From a virus: DNA of 64,000 nt. Positions 47,695 through 57,594 of this stretch are shown here, one piece after another. Within the stretch, counting starts at the first letter, position 1. Each line of letters opens with the position of its first letter. The stretch lies in IMG/VR virus record IMGVR_UViG_3300005613_004097, positions 1 to 64,000 of that record; one strand, 5' to 3'. The position numbers and the translations under genes were made by a program. The notes below the pieces were generated by a model. It was not told where the DNA came from. It did no database searches and saw only the letters and a list, made by a program, of their open reading frames with translations.

Positions 47695-49137
47695 ATGAAG
47701 AAACTTTTAAATTATTTCCAATTCATATCTGAGAGAAAATCAGACGATTCAAAGGTCAATTTAGAACAGGATCAGATCGAGGATATATTTCAAATGCTCC
47801 AAGATGATGATTACGAAGTAAGTTTAGAAGAACATCATATAAGTAAATCAGATGTTGATGAGATAGTCAGGGATGGTGAGTTGGACGCAGATGCTGGTGA
47901 AAGAATATTCACTGACAGAGATTATTATGATGTATATTCAATAAATATCAGATCAGGCAAATTTGACAATATAGAATCAGACATAACGGATGAATATACC
48001 ATTGCAATGGATGTTATCAAGTCGATGGGATTCACTGTACTGGATCCACAAGGTGTGGATAAGGATCCACAATTGGAAATGTTCAAGAATCTGTCAGAAA
48101 GATGGTCATACAAAGATGTGTATCTGATAGATGGAAAGATTCACCTTTTCAAAGCAGTTACCGGAAGATCAATACAAGAAGTTTTGGATTCAGAAGTTGA
48201 AAAAGGCGAGATGCTTGATGCAGATGTTCAGGATATCACTATTTATATTTCTGATATGAAACCTCATAGATGGACATCAAAGGAACTTGCAGAAGAATTC
48301 AATTGGCATTATGATGGTGTTATCGAGGAGATGCAATATAACGGTAAACCCCTAAAAGATGTGATATATTTCGATATTAACCGGGAAGATCTAAGTGATA
48401 TTGTAATGAGTAGTAATTCATGGGGTAAAGAATATCTTGAATGGGATGGTTTGGATAAATTATATGACAATCATCTTGATAATGATTATATGCCGGATAT
48501 CAGGTCAATGTTCTTGTATTCTCTTGATGATGAGAATGCAAAAATGTTGGTTAAATGTGTCATAATGGAACATGGTGGTCCAAAAGAATTGATAGAAGAA
48601 TATGATATTGATACTGAAGCTGAGACAATGGATGAGCTAATAGAATTCCTTCTTGGTGAGAGATATTATGAGAATTTAGAATCAATAGATTCTGAGATAA
48701 TAGATGAGATAGGAAGAATCATAGAGGGTCACGAGAGGAATGCCCATGTAAATGAAATATATCAAGAAATTGAAAATGAATTTGATAAACTTTTGGATTC
48801 ACAGGGTGTTGAATATATTAAAAAATTCAGAGCAACTGATACACACATATCTTACACAAGAACCTATGATGGTAAATCAAAAAGACAGGAAATAGAATAT
48901 GAAACATGGATGTATCGGATAATATATGAGGATAGGTATTTTGACGATTCACATAGTAGTATGAAAGATATGGAAGGTTGGTCACTCAGTGAGATATTCA
49001 ATGAATATTACAGTGATAATTATCTAAGTGGGGATATATCCATTCGTGATGTTTATGGTGGTGATGTCGATAAAAAGGAAATGAACAGTGTGATCAGAGC
49101 TGAGTTAATTTCATATATCGAAAGAAATTCAAAGTGA
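47695..49137 (+). CDS. acidic hypothetical protein (possible internal virion protein)
   Basis: 480 aa, MKKLLNYFQFISE, TAATATATA upstream. Confidence 0.7.
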   Translation: MKKLLNYFQFISERKSDDSKVNLEQDQIEDIFQMLQDDDYEVSLEEHHISKSDVDEIVRDGELDADAGERIFTDRDYYDVYSINIRSGKFDNIESDITDEYTIAMDVIKSMGFTVLDPQGVDKDPQLEMFKNLSERWSYKDVYLIDGKIHLFKAVTGRSIQEVLDSEVEKGEMLDADVQDITIYISDMKPHRWTSKELAEEFNWHYDGVIEEMQYNGKPLKDVIYFDINREDLSDIVMSSNSWGKEYLEWDGLDKLYDNHLDNDYMPDIRSMFLYSLDDENAKMLVKCVIMEHGGPKELIEEYDIDTEAETMDELIEFLLGERYYENLESIDSEIIDEIGRIIEGHERNAHVNEIYQEIENEFDKLLDSQGVEYIKKFRATDTHISYTRTYDGKSKRQEIEYETWMYRIIYEDRYFDDSHSSMKDMEGWSLSEIFNEYYSDNYLSGDISIRDVYGGDVDKKEMNSVIRAELISYIERNSK

Positions 49138-49311
49138 TAGTCTTGCAGCTTCGTATTGTTTATCGGTTAGAACTTTATAACTTTTGTTTCCAACCGTGAC
49201 CTTCTCACACCATTTTGATCTGAGTTGTTTCTGTAAAGAAAGTAAAAACTGGTTGTCACCATCATACTTTCTCAATTGTTTGTTCAGTTCGAGTTTTTCG
49301 TTTATTTCCAT
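49129..49311 (-). CDS. small hypothetical protein
   Basis: 60 aa, 'NQFLLSLQKQL...LTDKQ'. Confidence 0.6.
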   Translation of the reverse strand: MEINEKLELNKQLRKYDGDNQFLLSLQKQLRSKWCEKVTVGNKSYKVLTDKQYEAARLSL

Positions 49312-49313
49312 TT

Positions 49314-49820
49314 TTAAACCTTTTTAAATCGTAGTGAATAATATTTGAATAGTCTGTCAAAATCTTTATCGATGTACATGTCATATACTGTGGTGTCATC
49401 GAATTGCTTTAAAAGACCAGTGTTATATCCAGTTCTTTCATATCCATTTTCTAGAAATAACTTATAAACAAGGTTCCATGCGACCGAGTCGAATTTTTTC
49501 TTTTTAAATTTCAACTTATCCTGATCAGTTGTTGGAATTTCTACTTTCCAACTGAGTAAAATGTCATCGAATGCATCATATCCATTATCACGACCATCAA
49601 AATATGCTGTATCTGGTACATTGTTCTCTTTCATGAATGAAACAAGATCCATAGGATTTACATCCATTATACTGATACTCTTTGTGGTTTTTTTGGTTTT
49701 TGGAATCTGTCGCTGAAGTTTTTCGAATCCTAAGTCAAGTGCCTGTTCAATGAGTTCAACCATGTTACTGGGATTATTGTTCTCAGTGATGAAATCATTT
49801 ATATGTTTGATGTGCGCCAT
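49314..49820 (-). CDS. hypothetical protein
   Basis: 168-aa ORF. Confidence 0.65.
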   Translation of the reverse strand: MAHIKHINDFITENNNPSNMVELIEQALDLGFEKLQRQIPKTKKTTKSISIMDVNPMDLVSFMKENNVPDTAYFDGRDNGYDAFDDILLSWKVEIPTTDQDKLKFKKKKFDSVAWNLVYKLFLENGYERTGYNTGLLKQFDDTTVYDMYIDKDFDRLFKYYSLRFKKV

Positions 49821-49845
49821 GTTGATATGATTTTTAAAGTATATA

Positions 49846-50307
49846 CTAAATTTTCATATTGATAACATCTGATAAATATTCACCTTCTTCAAGTTCTATT
49901 TTATTGCAATTTTCCTGTTCTTGTAATTGGTCTATCCACATATTCCAGTTTGTTTCTAACAATTTTACAAATTGCTCGTTGTTTCCTCGATCGACATACC
50001 TTTTGATATACTCATCCTTTATACTTCTTTTTGGATAAATCAAGGTAAAATCTATATTGTTCTCAACAAGCGCATCTCTTACTTCCTTATGTGAGGATAC
50101 TAAAATGATATCAACCTTACCAACATTCTCCTTTATGTGTTCAATATAATTTCTAGGAAAATCAGATTTGTCAAATTTACTTGAATCTGAATCTAATATC
50201 ACTTTGTTGCTTTGGTTTCGATACAGGTGTGATTTACCACATCCAGGAAATGCTGATATTACTAAGGTTTGTTTCATATTATGTTCATTGAATTTCTTTA
50301 TTTTCAT
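49846..50307 (-). CDS. small P-loop NTPase/kinase-like phage protein
   Basis: 'VISAFPGCGKS', 'DSDSS.F', 'FPRNYIEHI', 'VSSH', 'RGN'. Confidence 0.75.
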   Translation of the reverse strand: MKIKKFNEHNMKQTLVISAFPGCGKSHLYRNQSNKVILDSDSSKFDKSDFPRNYIEHIKENVGKVDIILVSSHKEVRDALVENNIDFTLIYPKRSIKDEYIKRYVDRGNNEQFVKLLETNWNMWIDQLQEQENCNKIELEEGEYLSDVINMKI

Positions 50308-51490
50308 TTTTCAGTATATATTTTCTTGTTCCACAATTCCATGTGTTGTATTGTCCAGATTCAACTATCACAGGTGATGTTGAATCTATCAGACAAGATC
50401 CTTCTACCAATCTATCATCATACCAATCCAGTTCAATTGTCAGGATATTGTCTTTGATATCAAAATCATCAATATCAATTATATCGTTTACCAGATTGAA
50501 AAGTTTTCTTTTAATAATGTCCTTTTGTGTGTTCCATTCAAATTCTCTTATCTGTAAGAGTTTGTATCCTTTTTCAAGACACATGTTTGTCTTGTTCAAG
50601 TGATAATTCATATCATCATTCACTTTTGTGGAATGCCAATAATCACCATTGAATTCAATACATATTTTCATATCAGGTAATACAATGTCGATCTCATATG
50701 GGGATATCAACTTTCTGTCACTTCGATGTATCATACCATCATAAATTGAGCTGATATACTCATAAACTTCCTGCTCTCCCTGTGATCCGATATATTCATT
50801 ACATAGGTTGCAAGGTTCTATATTATCCTTTTTTCTATTTGATAAAGTATATTTACTTATTTCGAAAGTGTGATTTGATTTACATTTTATAGTATAATAA
50901 AGTCCATTAACAGATATTAATTTGTATTTTTCTGGCAAACCTTTCTGGATTTTGATAAATCCTCTTTCAGCATCTGATATTGTTTTTGACCTTATCTTAT
51001 CCAATGATATAGGTTCTTTGACGCCCCACTTTTTCAAGTTATTTTTTTGTCTCTTTTCGATGATCTCTTTAGATTTAGTAGAGTTATCCACGCCATATTT
51101 TTCCAATAGTGTCTTTTTCGACTTCTCTTTCATGATATTGGTCTGTGTAATATACTCAACACCATATTTTTTCAAACATGTATCTCTTTTTTTCTTTTCA
51201 CGAACAACATTCTGACACGATTTTGATCCACATGTTGGTCTATATCCATAACAATGATATTTTCGTTTCTTACCGCATACACACTTTGGTATATCCTTGA
51301 TTCTTTCTTTGAAATGGTAGAGTAGTATCATTGGAGTTTCATTTAGTCCTGTTTCAGACTTTAAAAAATCCAATAGATATCCGTTATTCTTAATGTGATA
51401 CGATATCTGATTGTTGTTTGAACATTCTTTCAAAAGAATATCAATATCCGAAACAGGATCACCAGTCAATTTAATAGTTGATTTTGCCAT
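50285..51490 (-). CDS. putative homing endonuclease (KYGV repeats + Vsr-like domain)
   Basis: Cys clusters, 'KKYGVE' repeats, 'YEIDIVLP....IEFNGDYWHS'; paralog of 21679-23586. Confidence 0.7.
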   Translation of the reverse strand: MAKSTIKLTGDPVSDIDILLKECSNNNQISYHIKNNGYLLDFLKSETGLNETPMILLYHFKERIKDIPKCVCGKKRKYHCYGYRPTCGSKSCQNVVREKKKRDTCLKKYGVEYITQTNIMKEKSKKTLLEKYGVDNSTKSKEIIEKRQKNNLKKWGVKEPISLDKIRSKTISDAERGFIKIQKGLPEKYKLISVNGLYYTIKCKSNHTFEISKYTLSNRKKDNIEPCNLCNEYIGSQGEQEVYEYISSIYDGMIHRSDRKLISPYEIDIVLPDMKICIEFNGDYWHSTKVNDDMNYHLNKTNMCLEKGYKLLQIREFEWNTQKDIIKRKLFNLVNDIIDIDDFDIKDNILTIELDWYDDRLVEGSCLIDSTSPVIVESGQYNTWNCGTRKYILKNENKEIQ

Positions 51491-51538
51491 AAACTATATA
51501 TTAAAAGATGAAACCTCCGTTTCGGATATGAACATTGA

Positions 51539-52144
51539 TTAAGCATACATCTCTTCGAGAACATCAAATTCCTTCTCGGTTTCGGATATTAGCTTCAATC
51601 TTCCGTTTCTTATCTGACTTTTGATAGTGCTGAGATTTTTCCCTAATTTCGATGCAATATCCTTGTATGCCATTCCATTGAGTTCTCTCATAACAATAAC
51701 TGTTTTGAAAGGTTCTTTGAGTTGATCGATATGTTTTTTCATGATGCTGGCTTTTTTCTGCCACATTTCATCAAGTAGGATATCATCAGAAATGTCATCT
51801 TGTATGAAATCTTTCATTGTTGTGCCATCTTCATCAACCGTTACATCCATTGATATCGTCTTGTTGTCATTTTTAATATCCTGTAGTGTGAGGTTTCTAG
51901 CTATTGTGAATAACCATGTAGAGAATTGTGCTTTGTCTTTTTCGTATTTTTCAATCTTATTGAATGCTATCAGGAATGATTCTGTTGCTAGATCCTCAGC
52001 TCTTGGTTGGTCATTACAAAGTTTTTGAATGTAATATATCAGTTTGGGTAGATATTTATCGTAGTAGAATTGAAAGTTGTTACCTGTTCTTTCGATAAAA
52101 AGTTTTTCTTGTTCGTTGAAATTGATCTTTACTGCTTTTTCCAT
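51539..52144 (-). CDS. ECF-type RNA polymerase sigma factor
   Basis: 'AEDLATESF', 'FSTWLFTIARN', region 4 'YKDIASKLGKNLSTIKSQIRNGR'. Confidence 0.9.
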   Translation of the reverse strand: MEKAVKINFNEQEKLFIERTGNNFQFYYDKYLPKLIYYIQKLCNDQPRAEDLATESFLIAFNKIEKYEKDKAQFSTWLFTIARNLTLQDIKNDNKTISMDVTVDEDGTTMKDFIQDDISDDILLDEMWQKKASIMKKHIDQLKEPFKTVIVMRELNGMAYKDIASKLGKNLSTIKSQIRNGRLKLISETEKEFDVLEEMYA

Positions 52145-52257
52145 GCCGTTTAATTATTTTTTTATTGCCTTTTTTGCCGTTTATTGTACCATAATGATAC
52201 ATATATTATATATCATATCAGATACTTTGTTTAGTTTATTTAAATAAAAAGTTTAAA

Positions 52258-52551
52258 TTATTTCTGTAACCACTTGTCTATCAACTCATTGCCTTTCATG
52301 AGTAGTGTGAAAAGGTTTGGTTCGCCTGTTACTTCGATATGATCGTAGTATTTGAAATCCTTGAATTTTTCACTGTCTGATACCATCATTTGTATGTACC
52401 ACTGATCATTTGATATGGATTTTGCTTTGAATATCATTATTTCCTTATTGTTGATAATTCCCTTTATTTTTCTGGATAGATCATATGGTTTCATTCCATG
52501 TGGATTGAAGTGATCGATGTTGAATATTATATCGAAAAATCTTTTAAACAT
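52258..52551 (-). CDS. hypothetical protein
   Basis: 97-aa ORF. Confidence 0.55.
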   Translation of the reverse strand: MFKRFFDIIFNIDHFNPHGMKPYDLSRKIKGIINNKEIMIFKAKSISNDQWYIQMMVSDSEKFKDFKYYDHIEVTGEPNLFTLLMKGNELIDKWLQK

Positions 52552-52582
52552 GTCGTTATATATAAAATGAATCGTGTTCCTC

Positions 52583-52885
52583 TTATTTATCGATCACTTT
52601 TCTGATCCAAACCTCGTTCTTTCTCATTATCTCATTTTCGATATCATCGATCGAAAAACCGAATCTTGATGCAACCAATAAGAGGTTTTGAAAGGTATCT
52701 GCCATTTCTTCGAGTATATTGTCTCTTACTTGGCTTTCAGTTTCGTTATGTGTTTTCATACCGATCGATTTATTGACCTCTCGTGCGAATTCACCCACTT
52801 CTTCATGGAATTTACACATTGCCTTTTCAAGTGATTTATAATCCATTTGGTCAATTCTTTTAATGTCTTCGAGTGCTTTTTTCAT
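52583..52885 (-). CDS. MazG-like NTP pyrophosphohydrolase
   Basis: 'KFHEEVGEFA', 'EEMAD', 'RKN..W'. Confidence 0.85.
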   Translation of the reverse strand: MKKALEDIKRIDQMDYKSLEKAMCKFHEEVGEFAREVNKSIGMKTHNETESQVRDNILEEMADTFQNLLLVASRFGFSIDDIENEIMRKNEVWIRKVIDK

Positions 52886-52943
52886 AGTATGTGATTTTTT
52901 GTTTATATCTCTGTTATTGCTTTATAATATTCTTCTATTTTGT

Positions 52944-53171
52944 TCATTTTAATATTTCATTTATTTTTATCCTTCTATTTTCTTTTATCCAATTGTTTCT
53001 TTTATCCTCCAATAACAGGAAAATATATCGGTCAAATCCTTTGCCATAATGGCCTGAGAATTGATACGATTTATAGACCGCCTCTGATGACCTACATTTT
53101 TCCAAAAATCTTACATTAGGGTTTTCAATGTTACCATCATATTCAATTAGTATGTGAACAAACTCATTCAT
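52944..53171 (-). CDS. hypothetical protein
   Basis: 75 aa, ends NRRIKINEILK. Confidence 0.55.
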   Translation of the reverse strand: MNEFVHILIEYDGNIENPNVRFLEKCRSSEAVYKSYQFSGHYGKGFDRYIFLLLEDKRNNWIKENRRIKINEILK

Positions 53172-53535
53172 GTAATATTTTGTTTAATCTATATCTTCTT
53201 ATGACATCTTTATTGTTCGTAAATACTCTATATTTTGATTCTCCAATAATTCTACCATCTTTTAGATTTAAATGTTCATGATTATAAGATCCTCTTATTC
53301 CTTTAAGAGGTGTTATAACTTGCCATCCTGTGAAAGCATATCCGAATATGGTTCCCTTTCCAACATAGGAATCATATTCATCTATTTGAAATTGATAACC
53401 ACCACCATTTTTATAGTATTCTCCATCGGGTAAGATTATTCTATCAAACTCAACATATCCATTTGATATCAATTCATTTACCAATTCTTCTTCAAACTTT
53501 GTCTCTTTCATCAATTTTTTGATTTCTTTTTTCAA
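53164..53535 (-). CDS. hypothetical protein
   Basis: 123 aa, ends IRRYRLNKILHE. Confidence 0.6.
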   Translation of the reverse strand: MKKEIKKLMKETKFEEELVNELISNGYVEFDRIILPDGEYYKNGGGYQFQIDEYDSYVGKGTIFGYAFTGWQVITPLKGIRGSYNHEHLNLKDGRIIGESKYRVFTNNKDVIRRYRLNKILHE

Positions 53536-53620
53536 CGATTCACCAACTTACCATTATAACGTATGGGAACAAGTTTAAACTCTTCAAAATTTTTTAATTG
53601 AACTACCTTTGGTTTATAAC

Positions 53621-55453
53621 TCATTTCAGTAATGTTTCAAGTTCTTCAACGGTCAGAATTTCACATCCAAGTGATATTGCTTTCTTTTCTTTTGCACTTC
53701 CACTTCCTTTCACCTTCATAACAAGATGTGTGGTTGTTTTACTCACAGATGAACCAACCTTACCACCTTTGCTGAGAATAATTTCATTGAGATCATTTCT
53801 ACGAACTCCAGTGAATACAAATACCTTACCATCAAGATCATTACTGACAGATTCTACCTTTTCAGTTCTTTTCCAAGTTATAGGTAGATCTTTCACGAAT
53901 TGATAGAATTTATCCCAACCATCAAGATATGATTTTGCAGATGTTTCAGCAAATCCTTCAATTTCAATAATTTGATCAATAGTCGGTTTTTCTTCAAAAT
54001 GTTCTAAAAGTAGTAACTTCTTCGATCCAAGTCCTTTAAACAATCCAGTCGCGTGTTGAAGTTTTGAAAGTGTAACATCTTTCATTTTTGACTGAATTGA
54101 ATTGAATACAATAAGTGATTTTCTTTTACCGAAGCCTTCCAATTCATTCAATTTATCCGGAGTTGCTTCAAGAATTGATTTGATAGAGTTGTATCCAGCA
54201 TCCCAAAGTTGTCTGATAACTCCTTCTGATACATTTTCAACACCAAGAATTTCAAAGAAAGCAACTGTTTGTTTGAATCTTTGCTCATCAGTTTCTGTTA
54301 GTGTGATAAGTTCAACACCGTTTTCATTCCAATCTATGTTCGGAACATCTGGTATTTGAAACTCAACAGTTTCCAATACATCGTAAATGATGGGAATAAC
54401 CATTCCTGATCTTTTGATAACAACTTTTGCACCAACGCCTAATCCCATATCCTTAACGAATCTAGCATTATTACCAGTGACATTTGAAATTGTAACTCCA
54501 TCAAGTTTTACCGGATCAACGTGTAGAGTGGGTTTTAGGTAACCCTGTTTTGAGATATTATAAGAGATTCCAATAATTTCAGTTTCAGCAGTTTGTTCAA
54601 AGTTAGGTGATTTGTATGCTCTTGCCCATACAGGATTATTTGATGAAGTTTCTCTACCCAATTCTTCTTGTTCCTTTAAAAAATCCACCTCGATGATAAG
54701 TCCATCTATCTCGAATTCTTTTGACCATTCATCGAAAAGAGATTGGAGATGGTCTTCTGTCAATTCATTTATGTTTTTTACTTCAAAGGGAACAGTTGTA
54801 TCTTGTCCGTTATTCAGTTCAGTCAATAGTTCACTTTTTGTCATAAATGAATTTTCGAAATCTTTTTTGAATTTAGCTCCATATTTAATGTAGTGAATAT
54901 CTTTCAATGGCTCTGTAACTTCTTTTGAGTTGAGAAGTCCAGCTACAAGGTTTCTTGGATTGGCAAAGTCAGCGGCATATTTTTCCAAAAAGGTTGATTT
55001 TTTCATCATTACCTCACCGTATGTGAATTCAAACATAGAATTCTGAGATAGTTTATTACCCATCAGTTGATAATGTTTATCGGATTTTTGTCCGAATTCA
55101 CCATCACCTCTTGTGAATGCTTCTCCTGTAATTTCATTCACGCAAAGTGAAAGACCATCATATTTAGGTGTGATAACAACGGTTTGTGATGGATTGATTT
55201 CTTTGTTTCTACACCAATCGAATATTTCATCGATTGTTTTTACTTTGTTCATTGAAGCCATTTCTATTGGAAGTTTGGCTTTTCTTGATTCGTCTTTTAT
55301 CTCATGTCCTACTTTATCAAGTATAGGATTATGGGGATCCAATTCTTGCAGTTCTTCTATCAGAATATCATATTCTGAATCAGAGATTATTGGTTTTCCA
55401 AGACGGTAAGCCTTATTGGCCTTATCGATTTTTTCTATTAGTTGTTCTATCAT
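53621..55453 (-). CDS. ligA: NAD-dependent DNA ligase
   Basis: 'ISDSEYD', KYDG motif I, 'TRGDG', 'GEV', 'NPRNLVAG', 'IDGL', 'RSGMVIP', C-terminal BRCT 'FVFTG...VSKTTTHLV'; start MIEQL. Confidence 0.93.
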   Translation of the reverse strand: MIEQLIEKIDKANKAYRLGKPIISDSEYDILIEELQELDPHNPILDKVGHEIKDESRKAKLPIEMASMNKVKTIDEIFDWCRNKEINPSQTVVITPKYDGLSLCVNEITGEAFTRGDGEFGQKSDKHYQLMGNKLSQNSMFEFTYGEVMMKKSTFLEKYAADFANPRNLVAGLLNSKEVTEPLKDIHYIKYGAKFKKDFENSFMTKSELLTELNNGQDTTVPFEVKNINELTEDHLQSLFDEWSKEFEIDGLIIEVDFLKEQEELGRETSSNNPVWARAYKSPNFEQTAETEIIGISYNISKQGYLKPTLHVDPVKLDGVTISNVTGNNARFVKDMGLGVGAKVVIKRSGMVIPIIYDVLETVEFQIPDVPNIDWNENGVELITLTETDEQRFKQTVAFFEILGVENVSEGVIRQLWDAGYNSIKSILEATPDKLNELEGFGKRKSLIVFNSIQSKMKDVTLSKLQHATGLFKGLGSKKLLLLEHFEEKPTIDQIIEIEGFAETSAKSYLDGWDKFYQFVKDLPITWKRTEKVESVSNDLDGKVFVFTGVRRNDLNEIILSKGGKVGSSVSKTTTHLVMKVKGSGSAKEKKAISLGCEILTVEELETLLK

Positions 55454-55781
55454 TCGATTGTAATTTTGACAAAGATAATAAAGTTCAGTTAATAATACCA
55501 AGTTGTTTTAATTTATATCTCCTATTTTCTTGTATATCTATTTGAAGATTGCTCGGATGTACTGATCTTGGTTTACCTCTATTGTCAAAGTTACTCACCA
55601 ATAAACAACTTTCAAGTGATTTTGAAAGTACTACCACTTCCATTAAATTATTGTGATAGTATGTGCATTTTTTTCATTTTCAGCAAACCTCACCTTTGTT
55701 CCAACAGGAAAACATTCACTCAGGTATTCATCAACCTCTTTTATATTACAAAGTGATTTATGTATCTCATAATCGTATTTC

Positions 55782-56075
55782 TTAAAATTCATCAGGTGAC
55801 ATATAAAGATTCTCACTTATCAGTTGTCTATCATCAGGATCAAATGAAGATACACCATAAATAATTTGTCCTTCACGATAAGCTATTTCATAAGCTTCTT
55901 TTCTTGAAACAAACCTCTTATTCGATGTTAAGAATCCAAAATCTTTTCTATTGGTTGGCATCTCAGATTGGGGAACATTGAAGAATTCTAATGTTTCAAT
56001 ACAATCAGAATGTCTATAACCGGTGATTATTTTTCCTTTGAAAAGGACTGCTGAACAAAGTATTCTTTCTCTCAT
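55782..56075 (-). CDS. hypothetical phage protein
   Basis: 'GYRHSDC', 'GFLTS..RFVSRKEA..IA', 'LISENLY'. Confidence 0.7.
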   Translation of the reverse strand: MRERILCSAVLFKGKIITGYRHSDCIETLEFFNVPQSEMPTNRKDFGFLTSNKRFVSRKEAYEIAYREGQIIYGVSSFDPDDRQLISENLYMSPDEF

Positions 56076-56090
56076 TTTAACTTTTTTGTG

Positions 56091-56164
<74 letters not shown>

Positions 56165-56276
56165 TTTAAATTACATTTAAAACAATCATAAGCTGAATCA
56201 ACTCCTCCATCACAGTTACATACTTGATAAGAGAAAATATGATTCAACTTTGATATTATTTTATGTATCCTTTTCA

Positions 56277-56558
56277 TCAAGATTCTGTGACCTGAGAAGA
56301 ACTCACTTCATCATATGCACAATTCGCAACAATGTAGGCATCGCTGAAAAGTGACCAATCAAGTTTGTTTTCATGGCAGAATTCAACAGAATCCATGTTG
56401 TATTTTTTGATGAGTCTCAGTTCAGGTTCATAATTTTTCAGCTCTTTACGAACTTGATCATCATCGAGAAAATCCGGTGAGTCCATGAATTCGACAATAG
56501 ACATGTACTTATCTTCCAAACTGAGCTGTCTTAGGTTTTTAACTTTTTCTAGATTCAT
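56277..56558 (-). CDS. hypothetical protein
   Basis: 93 aa; promoter motif at 56596-56603. Confidence 0.6.
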   Translation of the reverse strand: MNLEKVKNLRQLSLEDKYMSIVEFMDSPDFLDDDQVRKELKNYEPELRLIKKYNMDSVEFCHENKLDWSLFSDAYIVANCAYDEVSSSQVTES

Positions 56559-56721
56559 TTTTTTTTTGTTTTTATTGATTAATTATTAAGAAATACAAAT
56601 ATAAGGAATAATTTACATTATACCAAATGATCTGAAACCAGATCTTCAAATTCCTGTGGATGTGATTCCTTTACCTGTTTTTCTGTTAATTTAATTTTCA
56701 TGTTATTGTTATTGATTTATT

Positions 56722-57099
56722 TTAAAATATTTTTTCTAAAAGTTGAGTTGCTTTTTCAATATCAAGTGAATTGTTCCAAAGAAATGCGCCAATATAAGGT
56801 ACACCGACATAAACTATGGACAATGATATGGAGTGTAATAGTATGGATGTGAGAAAGAAAATGATCCAACTTGATTCTTTGATTTTTTGTATGGTCTTGT
56901 TATCCCGTATGAAATCGTTGGTCAGTATTACTAACATTAAAAATGGGAAAACAAGACCAAGATGTAATGCAACAAAAAAGAAGTATGCAATTCCAATTAA
57001 AACGGCAAGTATTTTCAGTGAAAGTAAGAAATTGAATGCAATGAAAAGTAGTGATGCTATTCCAATAATTGATACGATTGTTTTATCTATTTTTTTCAT
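56722..57099 (-). CDS. multi-pass membrane protein
   Basis: About three hydrophobic segments; promoter motif at 57104-57111. Confidence 0.65.
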   Translation of the reverse strand: MKKIDKTIVSIIGIASLLFIAFNFLLSLKILAVLIGIAYFFFVALHLGLVFPFLMLVILTNDFIRDNKTIQKIKESSWIIFFLTSILLHSISLSIVYVGVPYIGAFLWNNSLDIEKATQLLEKIF

Positions 57100-57123
57100 G
57101 CAACAAATGTAAGGAATTTTTTA

Positions 57124-57303
57124 TCAAAAAAATTGTAGCTCATACATTGAGGCATTGTGAGAGTAGAGTATATGTGGTTCTCTTACTGCAGACCCATATA
57201 GATTCCGATCAACAACTTCTTTGACTGTCTCATAGGAGATTTGATAAGGCCATTCACTAATGCCCAATTCCCATAATTTAAGTTTTCTAAGTTGTTTTTT
57301 CAT
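57124..57303 (-). CDS. short paralog of the array-associated protein
   Basis: MKKQLRKLKLWELGISEWPYQISYETVKEVVDRNLYG; 26 of 37 residues identical to the N-terminus of 26880-27425. Confidence 0.7.
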   Translation of the reverse strand: MKKQLRKLKLWELGISEWPYQISYETVKEVVDRNLYGSAVREPHILYSHNASMYELQFF

Positions 57304-57524
57304 ATTCCAAGTTGTCTGAGCTTTTTTCTTCTCAGTTCTTTTTTTCTTTCTGATGGATTGAGATATTTCATCTTTGTCCTGTAATTTGAGGCACATTTTT
57401 TTGAACAGGACAAACCCCATCCTCGTTTAAGATTTCTATTATCAGGCTTGAATTTTTGATCACAGAAAATACAATTTCTCATACCATCATCACAATTTTT
57501 CAGAGCTTCCTCAAATATGTTCAT
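57300..57524 (-). CDS. small zinc-finger protein
   Basis: CIFC...RGWGLSCSKKCA; start MNIFEE after promoter motif at 57529-57536. Confidence 0.7.
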   Translation of the reverse strand: MNIFEEALKNCDDGMRNCIFCDQKFKPDNRNLKRGWGLSCSKKCASNYRTKMKYLNPSERKKELRRKKLRQLGI

Positions 57525-57594
57525 TTTACAAATATAATAAAATAAAGAGAAAATCAAAAATCTTAATATATAACAAAAAACTAATAATAGCATC

